A DNA stretch of 64,000 nt from Acidobacteriota bacterium (GCA_965248695.1 CBDFKD010000002.1:5280001-5344000); one strand, 5' to 3'. Counted from the stretch's first letter, positions 28,433 to 39,360 are shown. Notes: generated by a model from the letters alone, not told the origin. A program made the numbers and translations.

Positions 28433-29082
28433 AAGAACCTCCCATGCGCATAGCGATCGACGGGCCCAGTGGTGCCGGCAAATCAACGCTGGCGCGAGCG
28501 CTGGCACGAGCGCTGGGGCTTCGGTATCTCGACACCGGGGCCATGTACCGCGCTGTCGCCTGGAAGATGATGAAGGACGGTGTGGACGATCCCACCGAGG
28601 TCGTATCGCTCCTCGAGCGTGTGAGCTTGGAGGTGATTGCCGATCCTGATAACTTCCGCGTCCTGATCGACGGAGCCGACGTGACCGACGAGCTCCGAGC
28701 GCCGTCTGTGGGCCGCCGTGCGTCGGAGGTGGCTCAGATCCCGGGCGTGCGCAGCTGGTTGTTGCGACGCCAGCGCGCCGAAGCGGAGCTCGGTGCCGTG
28801 GTCGAGGGACGCGACATCGGCAGCGAGGTGCTCCCGAACGCTGATGCCAAGCTCTTCATCACCGCACCGGAAGCAGAGCGCTTGCATCGGCGCGCCGGTC
28901 AGCTCACCGGCGCCAGTGCTGCCGAGGTCACCGAGGACGTGCGCGAGCGCGATCGCCGCGATCTGGAGCGGCCGGATTCGCCGTTGCGAGTTCCGCAGGG
29001 TGCTACCGTCATCGATACCGGGGGCGAGGACGTGGAAACCAGCCTGAGGCGGGTCCTCGGAGCGGTCCGCGCGGCGCGTTGA
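28429..29082 (+). CDS. cmk: Cytidylate kinase
   Basis: IAIDGPSGAGKST, LDTGAMYR, EGRDIG. Confidence 0.96.
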   Translation: MKEPPMRIAIDGPSGAGKSTLARALARALGLRYLDTGAMYRAVAWKMMKDGVDDPTEVVSLLERVSLEVIADPDNFRVLIDGADVTDELRAPSVGRRASEVAQIPGVRSWLLRRQRAEAELGAVVEGRDIGSEVLPNADAKLFITAPEAERLHRRAGQLTGASAAEVTEDVRERDRRDLERPDSPLRVPQGATVIDTGGEDVETSLRRVLGAVRAAR

Positions 29083-29107
29083 CAGCCACCTGAGCCCCCC
29101 CTAGGAT
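29079..29107 (+). promoter_or_regulatory. Sigma70 promoter of rpsA
   Basis: TTGACA-17 bp-TAGGAT upstream of rpsA. Confidence 0.7.
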
Positions 29108-29177
29108 TAGGGGCTGCCCCTTGCGGCACACGTGTGTCCAAAGGGCAAATTCCGCGTTCAGGAGGATACCCAACCCC

Positions 29178-31013
29178 ATGTCGGTCCAGACCGAAGAAGA
29201 ACCAAACCCGCGCCCCTCGGACGACCTGCTCGCCCAGCTCGACGCAATGGAAGGCGGTCAGATCGATCCCGAGGTCATGATGCAGCTCTACGAGCAGAGC
29301 CTGCAGGATCTTGCGGAAGGCGAAGTCGTCAACGGCTACGTGCTGGAAGTGCGTGAGAACGACGTCCTCATAGATATCGGCTACAAGTCGGAAGGCCTCG
29401 TAGACATCAACGAGTTCCGCGACCCGCTCGGCGAGCTCATGGTTGCCGCAGGCGACCAGGTGGAAGTGCTGCTCGTACGGCGTGAAGACCAGAACGGCAA
29501 CGTCATCGTCTCCAAGGACAAAGCGGAGAAGATGAAGGTCTGGGGCAGGATCGAGGAGGCCTACCGCGACGAGGAGACGATCACAGGCATCGTCACCGAC
29601 CGTGTGAAGGGCGGCCTGTCCGTCGACATCGGCGTGCGTGCGTTCTTGCCCGGCTCCCAGGTCGACCTTCGGCCTGTTCGCAACCTCGAGGCGATGCGCG
29701 GCGAGCAGATCGAATGCCGGGTGATCAAGGTCAACAAGCGTCGCGCTAACGTCGTCGTGTCACGCAAGGCGGTGCTTGAAGAGGCCCGAGCCGAAGAGAA
29801 GAAGGGCACGCTCGGCAAGCTCGTGGCGGGAAATGTCCTTCCAGGCGTGGTCAAGAACATCACCGACTACGGCTGCTTTACGGATCTGGGCGGAATCGAC
29901 GGCCTCCTGCACATAACCGACATGTCGTGGGGTCGCATCTCGCACCCGAGCGAGATGTTCTCCATCAGCGATGAGATCAACGTCGTTATCTTGAATTTCG
30001 ACGCCGAACGCGAGCGCGTGTCGCTGGGCTACAAGCAGCTCACCCAGGATCCGTGGATCGGAGTGACCGAGAAATACCCGGTCGGATCGCGACTCCAGGG
30101 CAAGGTCGTCAGCCTCACCGACTACGGTGCCTTCGTCGAGCTGGAAGAGGGCGTCGAGGGCCTGGTGCACATTTCCGAGATGACCTGGAAGAAGCGCATC
30201 AAGCACCCGTCGAAGCTGGTGCAGATCGCCGACCCTGTCGACATCGTCATCCTCGACGTCGACGAGGACAATCGCCGTATCTCCCTGGGCATGAAGCAGA
30301 CTGAGCCCAACCCGTGGCGCGTCATCGCGGACAAGTATCACGAGGGACAGGTCATCACGGGCCGAGTCCGTAACCTGACGGACTTCGGCGCGTTCGTAGA
30401 GATCGAGGACGGCATCGACGGACTGATCCACATCTCCGACATGTCGTGGACGAAGCGCGTCGAGCATCCGTCCGAGGTGCTTCAGAAGGGCCAGGAAGTC
30501 GAGGTGGCCGTCCTGAACGTCGATGTCGAGCGTCAGCGACTCTCGCTCGGTCTGAAGCAGCTACGGCCGAACGTCTGGGATCAGTTCGTCGAACAGCACC
30601 GCGTAGGCGATCAGATCAGCGGTCAGGTGACGAAGCTCACCAACTTCGGCGCCTTCGTCGAGTTGCAGGAAGGTCTCGAAGGACTCCTGCACGTCTCCGA
30701 GATCGCCGACCGCCACGTCAAGGACCCGGCCGACGAGCTGAAGGTCGGCGACACGGTCGACGTGCGCATTCTGAAGATCGAGACCGACGCTCGCAAGATC
30801 GCGCTATCGCTGCGTGAGGGCGGCGAGCAGGTCGAGGAGCGCGAGTACGAGCCTGCGGTTGCAGCCGAGCCAGCCAGTCGTTACGCGAAGGACGGCACGA
30901 TGACCCTCGGCGACATGGTGGGCAACATCTTCGGTTCCAAATCCGCCAGCGACGCTGAAGACGACGACGCGATGCCGGCAGATCTCGACGAAAACGGCGA
31001 AGAAGAAGAGTAG
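29178..31013 (+). CDS. rpsA: 30S ribosomal protein S1
   Basis: Six S1 repeats (DIGYKSEG, AFLPGSQ, GLLHI..MSW); follows cmk. Confidence 0.97.
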   Translation: MSVQTEEEPNPRPSDDLLAQLDAMEGGQIDPEVMMQLYEQSLQDLAEGEVVNGYVLEVRENDVLIDIGYKSEGLVDINEFRDPLGELMVAAGDQVEVLLVRREDQNGNVIVSKDKAEKMKVWGRIEEAYRDEETITGIVTDRVKGGLSVDIGVRAFLPGSQVDLRPVRNLEAMRGEQIECRVIKVNKRRANVVVSRKAVLEEARAEEKKGTLGKLVAGNVLPGVVKNITDYGCFTDLGGIDGLLHITDMSWGRISHPSEMFSISDEINVVILNFDAERERVSLGYKQLTQDPWIGVTEKYPVGSRLQGKVVSLTDYGAFVELEEGVEGLVHISEMTWKKRIKHPSKLVQIADPVDIVILDVDEDNRRISLGMKQTEPNPWRVIADKYHEGQVITGRVRNLTDFGAFVEIEDGIDGLIHISDMSWTKRVEHPSEVLQKGQEVEVAVLNVDVERQRLSLGLKQLRPNVWDQFVEQHRVGDQISGQVTKLTNFGAFVELQEGLEGLLHVSEIADRHVKDPADELKVGDTVDVRILKIETDARKIALSLREGGEQVEEREYEPAVAAEPASRYAKDGTMTLGDMVGNIFGSKSASDAEDDDAMPADLDENGEEEE

Positions 31014-31052
31014 CGGCACCGGCCAATGGTCGGAACAACCAGCCGGGTGACG

Positions 31053-31328
31053 ATGACGAAGGCAGACCTGGTCGAAGAGGTAGCAGCGGTTTCCGATCTC
31101 AGCAAGAAGAGTTCGGAGGTCGTCGTGAGCACGTTCTTCAACAGCATCGTCGAGTCTCTGACCGGCGGCGACAAGGTCGAGCTGCGCGGTTTCGGCACGT
31201 TCAAGCTACGCCGCCGTCGAGCCCGGATCGGCCGCAATCCGAAGACTGGAGAACGCGTCGACGTACCCTCCAAGGTCGTTCCGTTCTTCAAGCCTGGCAA
31301 GGAGCTGCGCGAGCTCGTCAACCGCTAG
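31053..31328 (+). CDS. ihfB: Integration host factor subunit beta / HU family protein
   Basis: MTKADL, VELRGFGTF, GRNPKTG, FKPGKEL; follows rpsA. Confidence 0.85.
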   Translation: MTKADLVEEVAAVSDLSKKSSEVVVSTFFNSIVESLTGGDKVELRGFGTFKLRRRRARIGRNPKTGERVDVPSKVVPFFKPGKELRELVNR

Positions 31329-31393
31329 ACTGCTGGCGCGAAACGGCAAGCGCGGCGGATTCCGACGGCTCAGTCAGGCACGCGGGGATCAAG

Positions 31394-32440
31394 GTGAACC
31401 CACTTCTCAGCGCGATCGAACAGCAGGTCCGCGATCACGCGAGCGAGCTGGCGAGCGTTCACGTCGCCGCTCGCGCCGCCGATATCGACGACTCAGGGCG
31501 GTGTCCGGACGAGCTCATCGAACGACTCTGCGCCCTGGTTGACGGTCATGCCGACGGTGCTGAGCCCTCGCCCATGCACCTGGCGCTGCGTCTCGAGCAG
31601 GTGGCTCGTCACAGCGCCGCCGCTGCCGCCATTGCGGCAGCACACGGTGTGGGATCCTGGGCCGTCCATCAGGGGAGTGGAAGAGACAGGACGCGTATCG
31701 CGGGCCCTGGCTATGCCACCGTCTGTGGCGGCACGACGCTCGTCGCAGATGCCACGGCCGACGGGACCAGGCTGCAGGGTTCGGTCGCGCTGGTACCGGG
31801 CGCCGCCTACGCGACCGATTTCGTGGTGGCTTGCGAGTCGGGCACCGCCGCGGGGCTGTTCACGGTGTCCGCCGGGAGCGCCAACGTCGGAGCCGCGGAA
31901 GCTCTCCTGGGTTTGAGCGGGAGCGGTGCGGCGGCGGTTTCTCTCGACCGGGTCGGCGTGGCGCAGGAGGCTTGCGTCGGAAATGCCGAACTAGCCGCCA
32001 GGGTAGTCGACGCAGTGCGCATCGCCCACGCGGCACAGGCAGTCGGAATCGCGGCGAGCGCGCTCGATGCGGCTCTCGCTCACGTGACATCCACCGCCGT
32101 TGCTGGCGAGCTCCCGGAGCAGCCGCAATCGGTGCAGTGGATGCTGGCGGATATCGCTACCGAAACCGAGGCCGCCCGCCTGTTGCTTTGGCACGCCGCA
32201 CTGGATCTCGACGCCGGCGAAGGCCGCCAAGCCGCCGCAATGTGCCGCCTGCTGGGGGCCGAGGCCGCCGTCGCAGCCACCCGCCGAGCAGTGCAGATCG
32301 CGGGCGAGGGCGGCACCCTGCGCACGTCGATTCTCGAGCGTCTGTACCGCGATGCGAAAGTCATGGAAGTGCTGGGCGGTACCAACGAGCAGCAGCTCAG
32401 CGTCATCGCCGACGGGCTGCTGCCTGAGCTCACGCGCTAG
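31394..32440 (+). CDS. Degenerate acyl-CoA dehydrogenase family protein
   Basis: C-terminal QSVQWMLADIATE, ERLYRDAK..E..GGT; lacks the TEP..GSD motif and the YEG catalytic Glu. Confidence 0.75.
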   Translation: MNPLLSAIEQQVRDHASELASVHVAARAADIDDSGRCPDELIERLCALVDGHADGAEPSPMHLALRLEQVARHSAAAAAIAAAHGVGSWAVHQGSGRDRTRIAGPGYATVCGGTTLVADATADGTRLQGSVALVPGAAYATDFVVACESGTAAGLFTVSAGSANVGAAEALLGLSGSGAAAVSLDRVGVAQEACVGNAELAARVVDAVRIAHAAQAVGIAASALDAALAHVTSTAVAGELPEQPQSVQWMLADIATETEAARLLLWHAALDLDAGEGRQAAAMCRLLGAEAAVAATRRAVQIAGEGGTLRTSILERLYRDAKVMEVLGGTNEQQLSVIADGLLPELTR

Positions 32441-32491
32441 CAAGCCGCCTCGATGACTTGTGCCGATCTCCCCCGATAGGACTCTAGGCTC

Positions 32492-33652
32492 ATGGACTGG
32501 CGACTGACGCCGGATCAACGGCTGATTCGGCAGACGGTACGCGAGTTCGTCGACGCCGAGGTGGTGCCAGCCGCGGGGGAGTGGGACCGGCAAAAGAGCT
32601 TCCCGGCGGCGGCATTCGAGCAGCTCGGCGCGCTTGGCCTATTCGGCATGATCGTGCCCACAGAATGGGGCGGCGCCGGACTCGACGGTACCGCGTACTG
32701 TCTCGCGCTCGAGGAACTCGCGCGTGGCGACGCTTCGACATGCGTGGCTGTCAGCGTTACCAACTCCGTCTACTGCGCGCCGATAAACAAGTTCGGCAAT
32801 GACGAGCAGCGGGAGCGCTGGCTGGGCCCGTGCGCCGCCGGCGAGTGGCTCGGGGCGTTCTGCCTCTCGGAGCCCGAAACCGGCTCCGATGCCGGTGCGA
32901 TCAGCACACGCGCTGAAGCGCGCGGCGACGACTACGTCCTCAACGGGGCCAAAGCGTGGATCACCAGCGGCGCTGTTTGCGGCGCCATGCTGGTGTTCGC
33001 CGTTACCGATCCGCAGTCCAAACGGCGTCGGGTCTCCGCCTTCATCGTGCCTCGCGATCATCCCGGAGTGGAGGTGCTTCCCGAGGAAGACAAGCTGGGC
33101 TTGCGCTCCTCGCGTACCAACCAGGTGCTCTTTCGCGAGGTCGTCTTGCCTACGTCGCACCGGCTCGGCGACGAAGGAGCCGGGCTGCGCATCGCACTCG
33201 ACAGCCTCGATGGTGGCCGTGCCGGTATCGCGGCACAGGCCGTCGGTATTGCCCAGGGAGCGTTCGATGCCGCCCGTGATTACCTTCTGGAACGTGAGGC
33301 CTTCGGTCGACCGCTGGCGCAATTCGAAGGATTGCGGCACCAACTCGCGCGCATGGCAACCGAGATCCGCGCCGGACGACTGCTGTACCTCCGCGCCGCG
33401 GCGCTGCGCGACGAAGGTGAGCGCAATACCAAGTCGGCGGCTATCGCCAAGCTCTACGCCAGCGAAGCAGCGAATCGCACCGCCTATCAAGCGATGCAGA
33501 TGCACGGGGGCTACGGGTACGTGGCGGACTATCCCGTCGAGCGGTTCTATCGTGACGCCCGGGTGACGACCATCTACGAGGGAACCTCGGAGATTCAGCG
33601 GCTCGTGGTGGCGCGAGCGTTGCTCGGCGAGGCGTCGGCCAGCCTCTCGTGA
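32492..33652 (+). CDS. Acyl-CoA dehydrogenase (short/branched-chain type)
   Basis: [37 protein letters not shown]. Confidence 0.95.
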   Translation: MDWRLTPDQRLIRQTVREFVDAEVVPAAGEWDRQKSFPAAAFEQLGALGLFGMIVPTEWGGAGLDGTAYCLALEELARGDASTCVAVSVTNSVYCAPINKFGNDEQRERWLGPCAAGEWLGAFCLSEPETGSDAGAISTRAEARGDDYVLNGAKAWITSGAVCGAMLVFAVTDPQSKRRRVSAFIVPRDHPGVEVLPEEDKLGLRSSRTNQVLFREVVLPTSHRLGDEGAGLRIALDSLDGGRAGIAAQAVGIAQGAFDAARDYLLEREAFGRPLAQFEGLRHQLARMATEIRAGRLLYLRAAALRDEGERNTKSAAIAKLYASEAANRTAYQAMQMHGGYGYVADYPVERFYRDARVTTIYEGTSEIQRLVVARALLGEASASLS

Positions 33653-33831
33653 AGGGCGAATGTGTAGTCCAATTCTGAGGTGTGTGGGATACTCGGGCCT
33701 TCGGGCGCGCGTGCTGGGCACGTCGGCTGGGAAGAAGATTCGCGGGTGGGCGAACCAACGGTCTGGGCGAGCTTCGTCGACCGGAATCGCCGTGTTCATC
33801 TTGGATCAGGTGAGAACAGAAAGAGGCGATT

Positions 33832-34167
33832 GTGAGCGATAACACCGTCGAACTGACGACCGACAACTTCGAGAGTGAAGTGCTGGAGAGTGACATCCCG
33901 GTGCTGGTCGACTTCTGGGCCGTGTGGTGCGCGCCCTGCCGAATGATCGCACCCGTGGTGGAAGAGCTCGCCAGTTCGTACTCCGGCAAGATCAAAGTCG
34001 GCAAGCTGAATGTCGACGATCACGGTGACGTTGCGACGCGGTTCAATGTGCGTGGGATTCCCACCCTGCTCCTGTTCCACGAGGGCCAGGTTCAGGATCA
34101 GATGGTCGGCGCCGGATCGCGCGACAGCATCGTGGGAATGCTCGACAAGGTGACCGCCGTAGCGTAG
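33832..34167 (+). CDS. trxA: Thioredoxin
   Basis: VLVDFWA.WCAPC, IPTL. Confidence 0.96.
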   Translation: MSDNTVELTTDNFESEVLESDIPVLVDFWAVWCAPCRMIAPVVEELASSYSGKIKVGKLNVDDHGDVATRFNVRGIPTLLLFHEGQVQDQMVGAGSRDSIVGMLDKVTAVA

Positions 34168-34182
34168 ACGTCCTTGGTGAAC

Positions 34183-34701
34183 ATGCGGGTTGATATCGCC
34201 AGCCTGGAGGACGGCCCACTTCGGTTCGCCGGAACCACGGCGGCACCGCGTGAGGTGCGGGTCGCGGGCGACCCCAGCCTCACCGCCCCGATAGCCTTCG
34301 GCGCTTCCGTGGAGCTCGACGGCGATGCCGTGCGGGTCACCGGATGGCTCCATTCCACCGTTAGATTGCCTTGCTCACGCTGTCTGGAGTCAACTACTCT
34401 GAGCGTCGAGCGCGTGCTGGAACTGGTGTTTCGATCCGCCTCAAACGCCCCGGAATCAGGGGCTACCGAGCTTGACGCCCGGCAGCTCGACATCGATTAT
34501 TACGCGGGTAACACCTTGGATCTGAGGTCTGTGCTGGCCGAGCAGGTGCTGCTCGCCTTGCCAATGAAGCCACTCTGTAGCGAGAACTGTGAGGGGCTCT
34601 GTCCACAATGCGGCGCCAACCGCCGCGGGCAGGCGTGTGAGTGCCAGCCTGACGTTGATCCACGACTGTCACCGTTGGCCGCGTTGCGGGATCGTCAATA
34701 A
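34183..34701 (+). CDS. YceD/DUF177 family protein
   Basis: CSRCL, LALPMKPLC...C.GLC..CG; upstream of rpmF. Confidence 0.92.
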   Translation: MRVDIASLEDGPLRFAGTTAAPREVRVAGDPSLTAPIAFGASVELDGDAVRVTGWLHSTVRLPCSRCLESTTLSVERVLELVFRSASNAPESGATELDARQLDIDYYAGNTLDLRSVLAEQVLLALPMKPLCSENCEGLCPQCGANRRGQACECQPDVDPRLSPLAALRDRQ

Positions 34702-34761
34702 ACGCTCCGCGCGGCGGATGCGTTAAGCCGCGCTGCCGGCGCCAAAACCGAGGAAACGATC

Positions 34762-34947
34762 TTGGCACTTCCCAAGCGACGACATTCGCGTACGCGTCGC
34801 GACAAGCGGCGCACACACGACGCCCTACGACGACCGGCGCAGTCCCTGTGCCCGGAGTGTGGCCGAGCCAAACAACCACATCGGGCCTGCGCTCACTGCG
34901 GTACCTACCGTGGCCGACAGGTGGTCTCGTCCCGCGACGACGGCTGA
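34762..34947 (+). CDS. rpmF: 50S ribosomal protein L32
   Basis: MALPKRRHSRTRRDKRR, CxxC...CxxCG.Y.G. Confidence 0.96.
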   Translation: MALPKRRHSRTRRDKRRTHDALRRPAQSLCPECGRAKQPHRACAHCGTYRGRQVVSSRDDG

Positions 34948-35013
34948 GTCCAGTCCGTTTCTCGCGTACGAACCTGAGAACCTGATGTCCAGGGCTCTGC
35001 CTGCGGAGGTCGC

Positions 35014-36042
35014 TTGAGGATCGCCGTCGATGCGATGGGCGGAGATCACGCACCAGAACACCCGGTCAACGGTGCTGTGATGGCTGCCTGTGATCTCGGA
35101 ATCGAGATTGCGCTAGTTGGCAACGACGCCGTGATCGCACCTGCGCTGGCGCGGCACGGGTATCCCGCCGGTGTTGAGATCGTCCACGCCGAGCAGGCGA
35201 TTGCGATGGATGAGTCGCCGGCAGTGGCCGTTCGGCGCAAGCGTCACTCATCCATCCACGAGGCCGCACGGCTCCTTCGCCGGGGCGAAGTGCAGGGGCT
35301 GGTTTCAGCCGGAAACACCGGTGCGGTCATGGCAGTGGCAAAGGTGATCGTCGGAACGCTGGAGGGCATCGATCGCCCGGCGTTGGCGGTTGTGCTACCG
35401 ACCCAGACCGGTCGTGCGGTGGTGCTGGACGTTGGTGCGAATGTCGAGCCCAAGAGCGGGCAACTGGTGCAGTTCGCGGTGATGGGGACCCATTTCGCCA
35501 GCGAGATCCTGGACATCGACCGACCCCGCGTTGCGCTGCTATCCATCGGCGAGGAAGCGGGCAAGGGTAACGAGTTGGTGAGAACCGCGCACGGCACGCT
35601 GCAGGGCTCCGGCCTGAACTTCATCGGCAACGTCGAAGCAAGTGACCTCTATCGCGGCGGTGCCGATGTCGTGGTGTGCGACGGGTTCACGGGGAACATC
35701 TTGCTGAAAACCAGTGAGGCCGCCGTCGAGACCCTGCGGTTCCTCATGCGAGCCGAATTCACGCGGACCTGGGGCGGCCGCCTTGCTGCCCTGTTAGGTC
35801 GCGGCGCCTTCCAGCGTTTGCGTGGCAGGGTCGACTACGCCGAGTTCGGCGGGGCGCCGCTGCTCGGTCTCCGGGGTCTGGGGGTCATCTGCCACGGGCG
35901 CTCCAATCCGCGCGCCATCCGCAACGGTATTCGGATAGCCCTCGAATACAGCCAACACGGCGTGAATCAACGGATCGAGAACGCGCTCGCGGGGATGGAT
36001 GCCGTTCCCACCGTCACCGCTGACGAGATCTCGGGCCAATGA
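35014..36042 (+). CDS. plsX: Phosphate acyltransferase PlsX
   Basis: IAVDAMGGDHAP, SAGNTGA, VCDGFTGN, GGAPLLG. Confidence 0.96.
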   Translation: MRIAVDAMGGDHAPEHPVNGAVMAACDLGIEIALVGNDAVIAPALARHGYPAGVEIVHAEQAIAMDESPAVAVRRKRHSSIHEAARLLRRGEVQGLVSAGNTGAVMAVAKVIVGTLEGIDRPALAVVLPTQTGRAVVLDVGANVEPKSGQLVQFAVMGTHFASEILDIDRPRVALLSIGEEAGKGNELVRTAHGTLQGSGLNFIGNVEASDLYRGGADVVVCDGFTGNILLKTSEAAVETLRFLMRAEFTRTWGGRLAALLGRGAFQRLRGRVDYAEFGGAPLLGLRGLGVICHGRSNPRAIRNGIRIALEYSQHGVNQRIENALAGMDAVPTVTADEISGQ

Positions 36043-36995
36043 CGGACGCCGCGGCGGTTGCGTTCCTGTTTCCGGGCCAGGGCTCACAGTTCGTGGGCAT
36101 GGGAAAGGAGGCTCATGACATTTTTCCGGAGGCCGCAGCGGCATTCGCGGAGGCCGATGAGGCGCTGGGGTTCCAGCTGTCGGAGCTCTGCTTTGCCGGC
36201 GACGCAGACGAGCTTCGCCGCACCGAGAACACACAACCCGCAATCCTGACGGTGAGCACGGCCCTGCATCGGGTGTTGACCGCCCGGGGCGTCGCGGCAG
36301 ATTCGATGGCGGGACACTCGCTGGGTCAATACAGCGCCTTGGTGGCCGCCGGCAGCCTGGAGCTGGCCGATGCGGTACGCCTGGTCCGGGATCGAGGTCG
36401 GTACATGCAAGAGGCGGTGCCGGCCGGAGAGGGCGCCATGGCCGCGGTCCTGGGCCTGGCTGACGACGCGGTGATCGCCGCCTGCGCTGAGGCAGGGCGT
36501 GATGCCGAACCGGTCGAGCCGGCCAACTTCAACTCGCCCGGCCAGGTGGTCATCGCCGGCGCAACGACGGCTGTCCATCGCGCCATCGAGATCGCCAAGG
36601 TAGCCGGCGCCCGTCGGGCGATGCTGCTGGACGTATCCGCGCCCTTTCATTGCTCGTTGATGGCGCCTGCCCAGGAACGACTCGAAGTCGACTTGGGCGC
36701 CGTCGCGTTGCGGACGCCCAACGTGCCGGTGGTCTGCAACGTGGACGCCGTGCCGCTCGCCACCTCCGATCAGGTACGCCAGGCCCTGGTCCGGCAGGTC
36801 ACGGCGCCGGTTCGCTGGGTGGATAATCTGCGTTGGCTCGAAGGCGCCGGGACATCCACCTACGTCGAGGTCGGCCCAGGTAAAGTACTGGTGGGCCTCG
36901 CGAAGCGAACGCTGGACGGACCCCGGACCTGCGCGGTCCAGGCGCCGGCCGACGTGGACGCGCTGCTCGCCCTGGTCGCGCCTGGCGAATCGTAG
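36039..36995 (+). CDS. fabD: Malonyl-CoA:ACP transacylase
   Basis: FPGQGSQ, GHSLG, SAPFH. Confidence 0.96.
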   Translation: MTDAAAVAFLFPGQGSQFVGMGKEAHDIFPEAAAAFAEADEALGFQLSELCFAGDADELRRTENTQPAILTVSTALHRVLTARGVAADSMAGHSLGQYSALVAAGSLELADAVRLVRDRGRYMQEAVPAGEGAMAAVLGLADDAVIAACAEAGRDAEPVEPANFNSPGQVVIAGATTAVHRAIEIAKVAGARRAMLLDVSAPFHCSLMAPAQERLEVDLGAVALRTPNVPVVCNVDAVPLATSDQVRQALVRQVTAPVRWVDNLRWLEGAGTSTYVEVGPGKVLVGLAKRTLDGPRTCAVQAPADVDALLALVAPGES

Positions 36996-37031
36996 GGCTT
37001 TGCCCATAACCCCGAATCAGACGGAGGCACG

Positions 37032-37778
37032 GTGTCCGCCAGCTTTCAGGATCAGGTCAGCATCGTCACTGGCGGTTCGCGTGGCATCGGACGTGCGATC
37101 GCCACTCGACTCGCTCGCCAGGGCAGTCACCTGGCGATCGGAGCACGGACAGCAGCCGCCTGCGAGGCGGTAGCCGAGGAAATCCGGACGCACGGCGTAG
37201 AGGTTCTTCCCCTGGAGATGGATGTCGGCGATGCCGCCTCCGTGGCGGCCGCTGCCAGCGCGGTCCAAGAGCACTTCGGGAAGATCGACAACCTGGTGAA
37301 CAACGCCGGGATCACACGTGACAATCTCCTCCTCAGACTCAAGGACGATGCCTGGGACGACGTGCTCCGGACCGACCTGACGGGCGTCTTTCTGTGCTCT
37401 CGCGCCGTGCTAAGATCGATGCTTCGCCAGCGACGGGGAAGGATCGTTTCGATCAGCTCGGTCGTCGGGCTGCTCGGCAATCCCGGCCAAACGAACTACG
37501 CTGCCGCCAAAGCCGGAGTGCACGGATTCACCAAAGCACTCGCGCGCGAGGTGGCGTCGCGCGGCATCACGGTGAACGCTGTGGCTCCGGGCTATGTCGA
37601 AACGGACATGACGCGCGACCTGCCCGAGGAGGCCAAGCGGCACCTACAGGAACAGATCCCGCTCAGTCGGCTGGGAACCGGTGATGATGTCGCCGGGGCC
37701 GTGAGCTTCCTGCTGTCCGAAGACGCAAGCTACATCACCGGTCAGGTGATCAGCGTCGACGGCGGCATGTATATGTAA
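37032..37778 (+). CDS. fabG: 3-oxoacyl-ACP reductase
   Basis: TGGSRGIG, NNAGITRD, YAAAK. Confidence 0.96.
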   Translation: MSASFQDQVSIVTGGSRGIGRAIATRLARQGSHLAIGARTAAACEAVAEEIRTHGVEVLPLEMDVGDAASVAAAASAVQEHFGKIDNLVNNAGITRDNLLLRLKDDAWDDVLRTDLTGVFLCSRAVLRSMLRQRRGRIVSISSVVGLLGNPGQTNYAAAKAGVHGFTKALAREVASRGITVNAVAPGYVETDMTRDLPEEAKRHLQEQIPLSRLGTGDDVAGAVSFLLSEDASYITGQVISVDGGMYM

Positions 37779-37859
37779 TCCCAGAATTCCGAGCCACGGG
37801 CGCCTGCCACGGCAAGCGCCGCCAAGCGTAACTGCAACCCGCTGTGCTGGAGGAAGGGC

Positions 37860-38093
37860 ATGGACATCGAAGCAAAGGTCAAGGAGATCATCGTCGAGCA
37901 GCTCGGTGTAGATGCCGAGGAGGTCACTACCGGCGCCTCGTTCATCGAGGATCTCGGTGCGGACTCGCTGGACACGGTGGAGCTCGTGATGGCGTTGGAA
38001 GAGGAATTCGACCTGGAGATTCCGGACGAGGACGCCGAGAAGATCGCCAAGGTCCAAGACGCCGTCAGTTACATTCAGAGCAAGAGCAACTAG
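37860..38093 (+). CDS. acpP: Acyl carrier protein (fatty-acid synthesis)
   Basis: [14 protein letters not shown]. Confidence 0.97.
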   Translation: MDIEAKVKEIIVEQLGVDAEEVTTGASFIEDLGADSLDTVELVMALEEEFDLEIPDEDAEKIAKVQDAVSYIQSKSN

Positions 38094-38121
38094 CGGTTTA
38101 ACGGCGGGACTGGGGGAGCTG

Positions 38122-39360
38122 ATGGATCGCCGCGTCGTGGTTACGGGCGTCGGAATGATCACACCGGTCGGGTTGACCACCGACGCTACATGGGACGCCT
38201 TGCTCGAGGGGCGTAGCGGTGTGGGCCCGATCACCAAGTTCGATGCCGACGACTATGCCGTGCGGATCGCGGGCGAGGTGCGCGACCTGGATGCCACCGA
38301 CTTCGTGCCGAAGAAAGACCTGAAGAAGATGGACCTGCATATCGTCTACGCGCTGGCGGCAACCGCTGACGCATGGTCGATGTCGGACGTCGATGGGGCC
38401 TATGCGCCGGAGAGGATCGGCACCATCATCGGGTCGGGAATCGGCGGTCTGAACATCATGCAGAAGTTCCATGAGGTGCAACTGCGCCGCGGCCCCGGAA
38501 GAGTCAGTCCGTTCTTCATACCGGCGCTGATCGTGAACCTCGCCTCCGGATGGGTGTCGATGCGATACGGACTCAAAGGGCCGAACTCATCCGTGTGCAC
38601 CGCCTGTTCGACCGGCAACCATGCCATCGGCGACGCCTTCCGGGTGATCGCGCGTGGCGAGGCCGAGGCCATGGTTTGCGGCGGCACCGAGGGTGTCATT
38701 TGCTCCCTGGCGATCGACGGGTTCAGTGCCATGCGGGCGTTGTCGATGCGCAATGACGACCCCGTGCGCGCCAGTCGCCCGTTCGACTCCGACCGCGATG
38801 GCTTCGTTCTCGGCGAAGGAGCGGGCATCCTGGTGCTCGAAGCGGAGGAGAGCGCCACAGAGAGAGGGGCAACGGTGCTCGCAGAGATCGTAGGCTACGG
38901 CATGACCGCAGACGCCTACCACATCTCTGCGCCGCCCGAGGATGGCGACGGGGCGGTACGGGTCATGCGCGCAGCTCTCGACGATGCTGGCATCGAGCCG
39001 AGTGCCATCGGCTACGTGAACGCCCACGGCACCTCGACACCGGTGGGCGATTCGGCCGAGGTGAAATCGATCAAGACCGTCTTCGGCGACCACGCGAACG
39101 AGCTCGCGGTGTCCTCGACCAAGTCGATGATGGGCCACTTGCTCGGCGCCGCGGGCGGTGTCGAAGCCGGGATCACCGTCATGGCCTTGCGCAGCGGACA
39201 GCTGCCCCCGACGATCAACTACGAGAATCCTGATCCCGACTGTGACCTCGATTTCGTTCCCAACGAGACGCGGGCCCTCGGCTTCGACTACGGGCTCTCG
39301 AACTCGTTCGGATTCGGTGGGACGAACGCAGCCTTGATCTTCAAGCGCTACGCCGCCTGA
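38122..39360 (+). CDS. fabF: Beta-ketoacyl-ACP synthase II
   Basis: TACSTG, NAHGTST, KSMMGHLLGA, SNSFGFGG. Confidence 0.97.
   Translation: MDRRVVVTGVGMITPVGLTTDATWDALLEGRSGVGPITKFDADDYAVRIAGEVRDLDATDFVPKKDLKKMDLHIVYALAATADAWSMSDVDGAYAPERIGTIIGSGIGGLNIMQKFHEVQLRRGPGRVSPFFIPALIVNLASGWVSMRYGLKGPNSSVCTACSTGNHAIGDAFRVIARGEAEAMVCGGTEGVICSLAIDGFSAMRALSMRNDDPVRASRPFDSDRDGFVLGEGAGILVLEAEESATERGATVLAEIVGYGMTADAYHISAPPEDGDGAVRVMRAALDDAGIEPSAIGYVNAHGTSTPVGDSAEVKSIKTVFGDHANELAVSSTKSMMGHLLGAAGGVEAGITVMALRSGQLPPTINYENPDPDCDLDFVPNETRALGFDYGLSNSFGFGGTNAALIFKRYAA

Noticed and set aside
29800-30800. Internal sequence repeats in this region
   Set aside because: Explained by the tandem S1 domains of RpsA.
35014-36995. 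Absence of fabH between plsX and fabD
   Set aside because: Common operon variation; fabH may lie elsewhere and this cannot be judged from the window.
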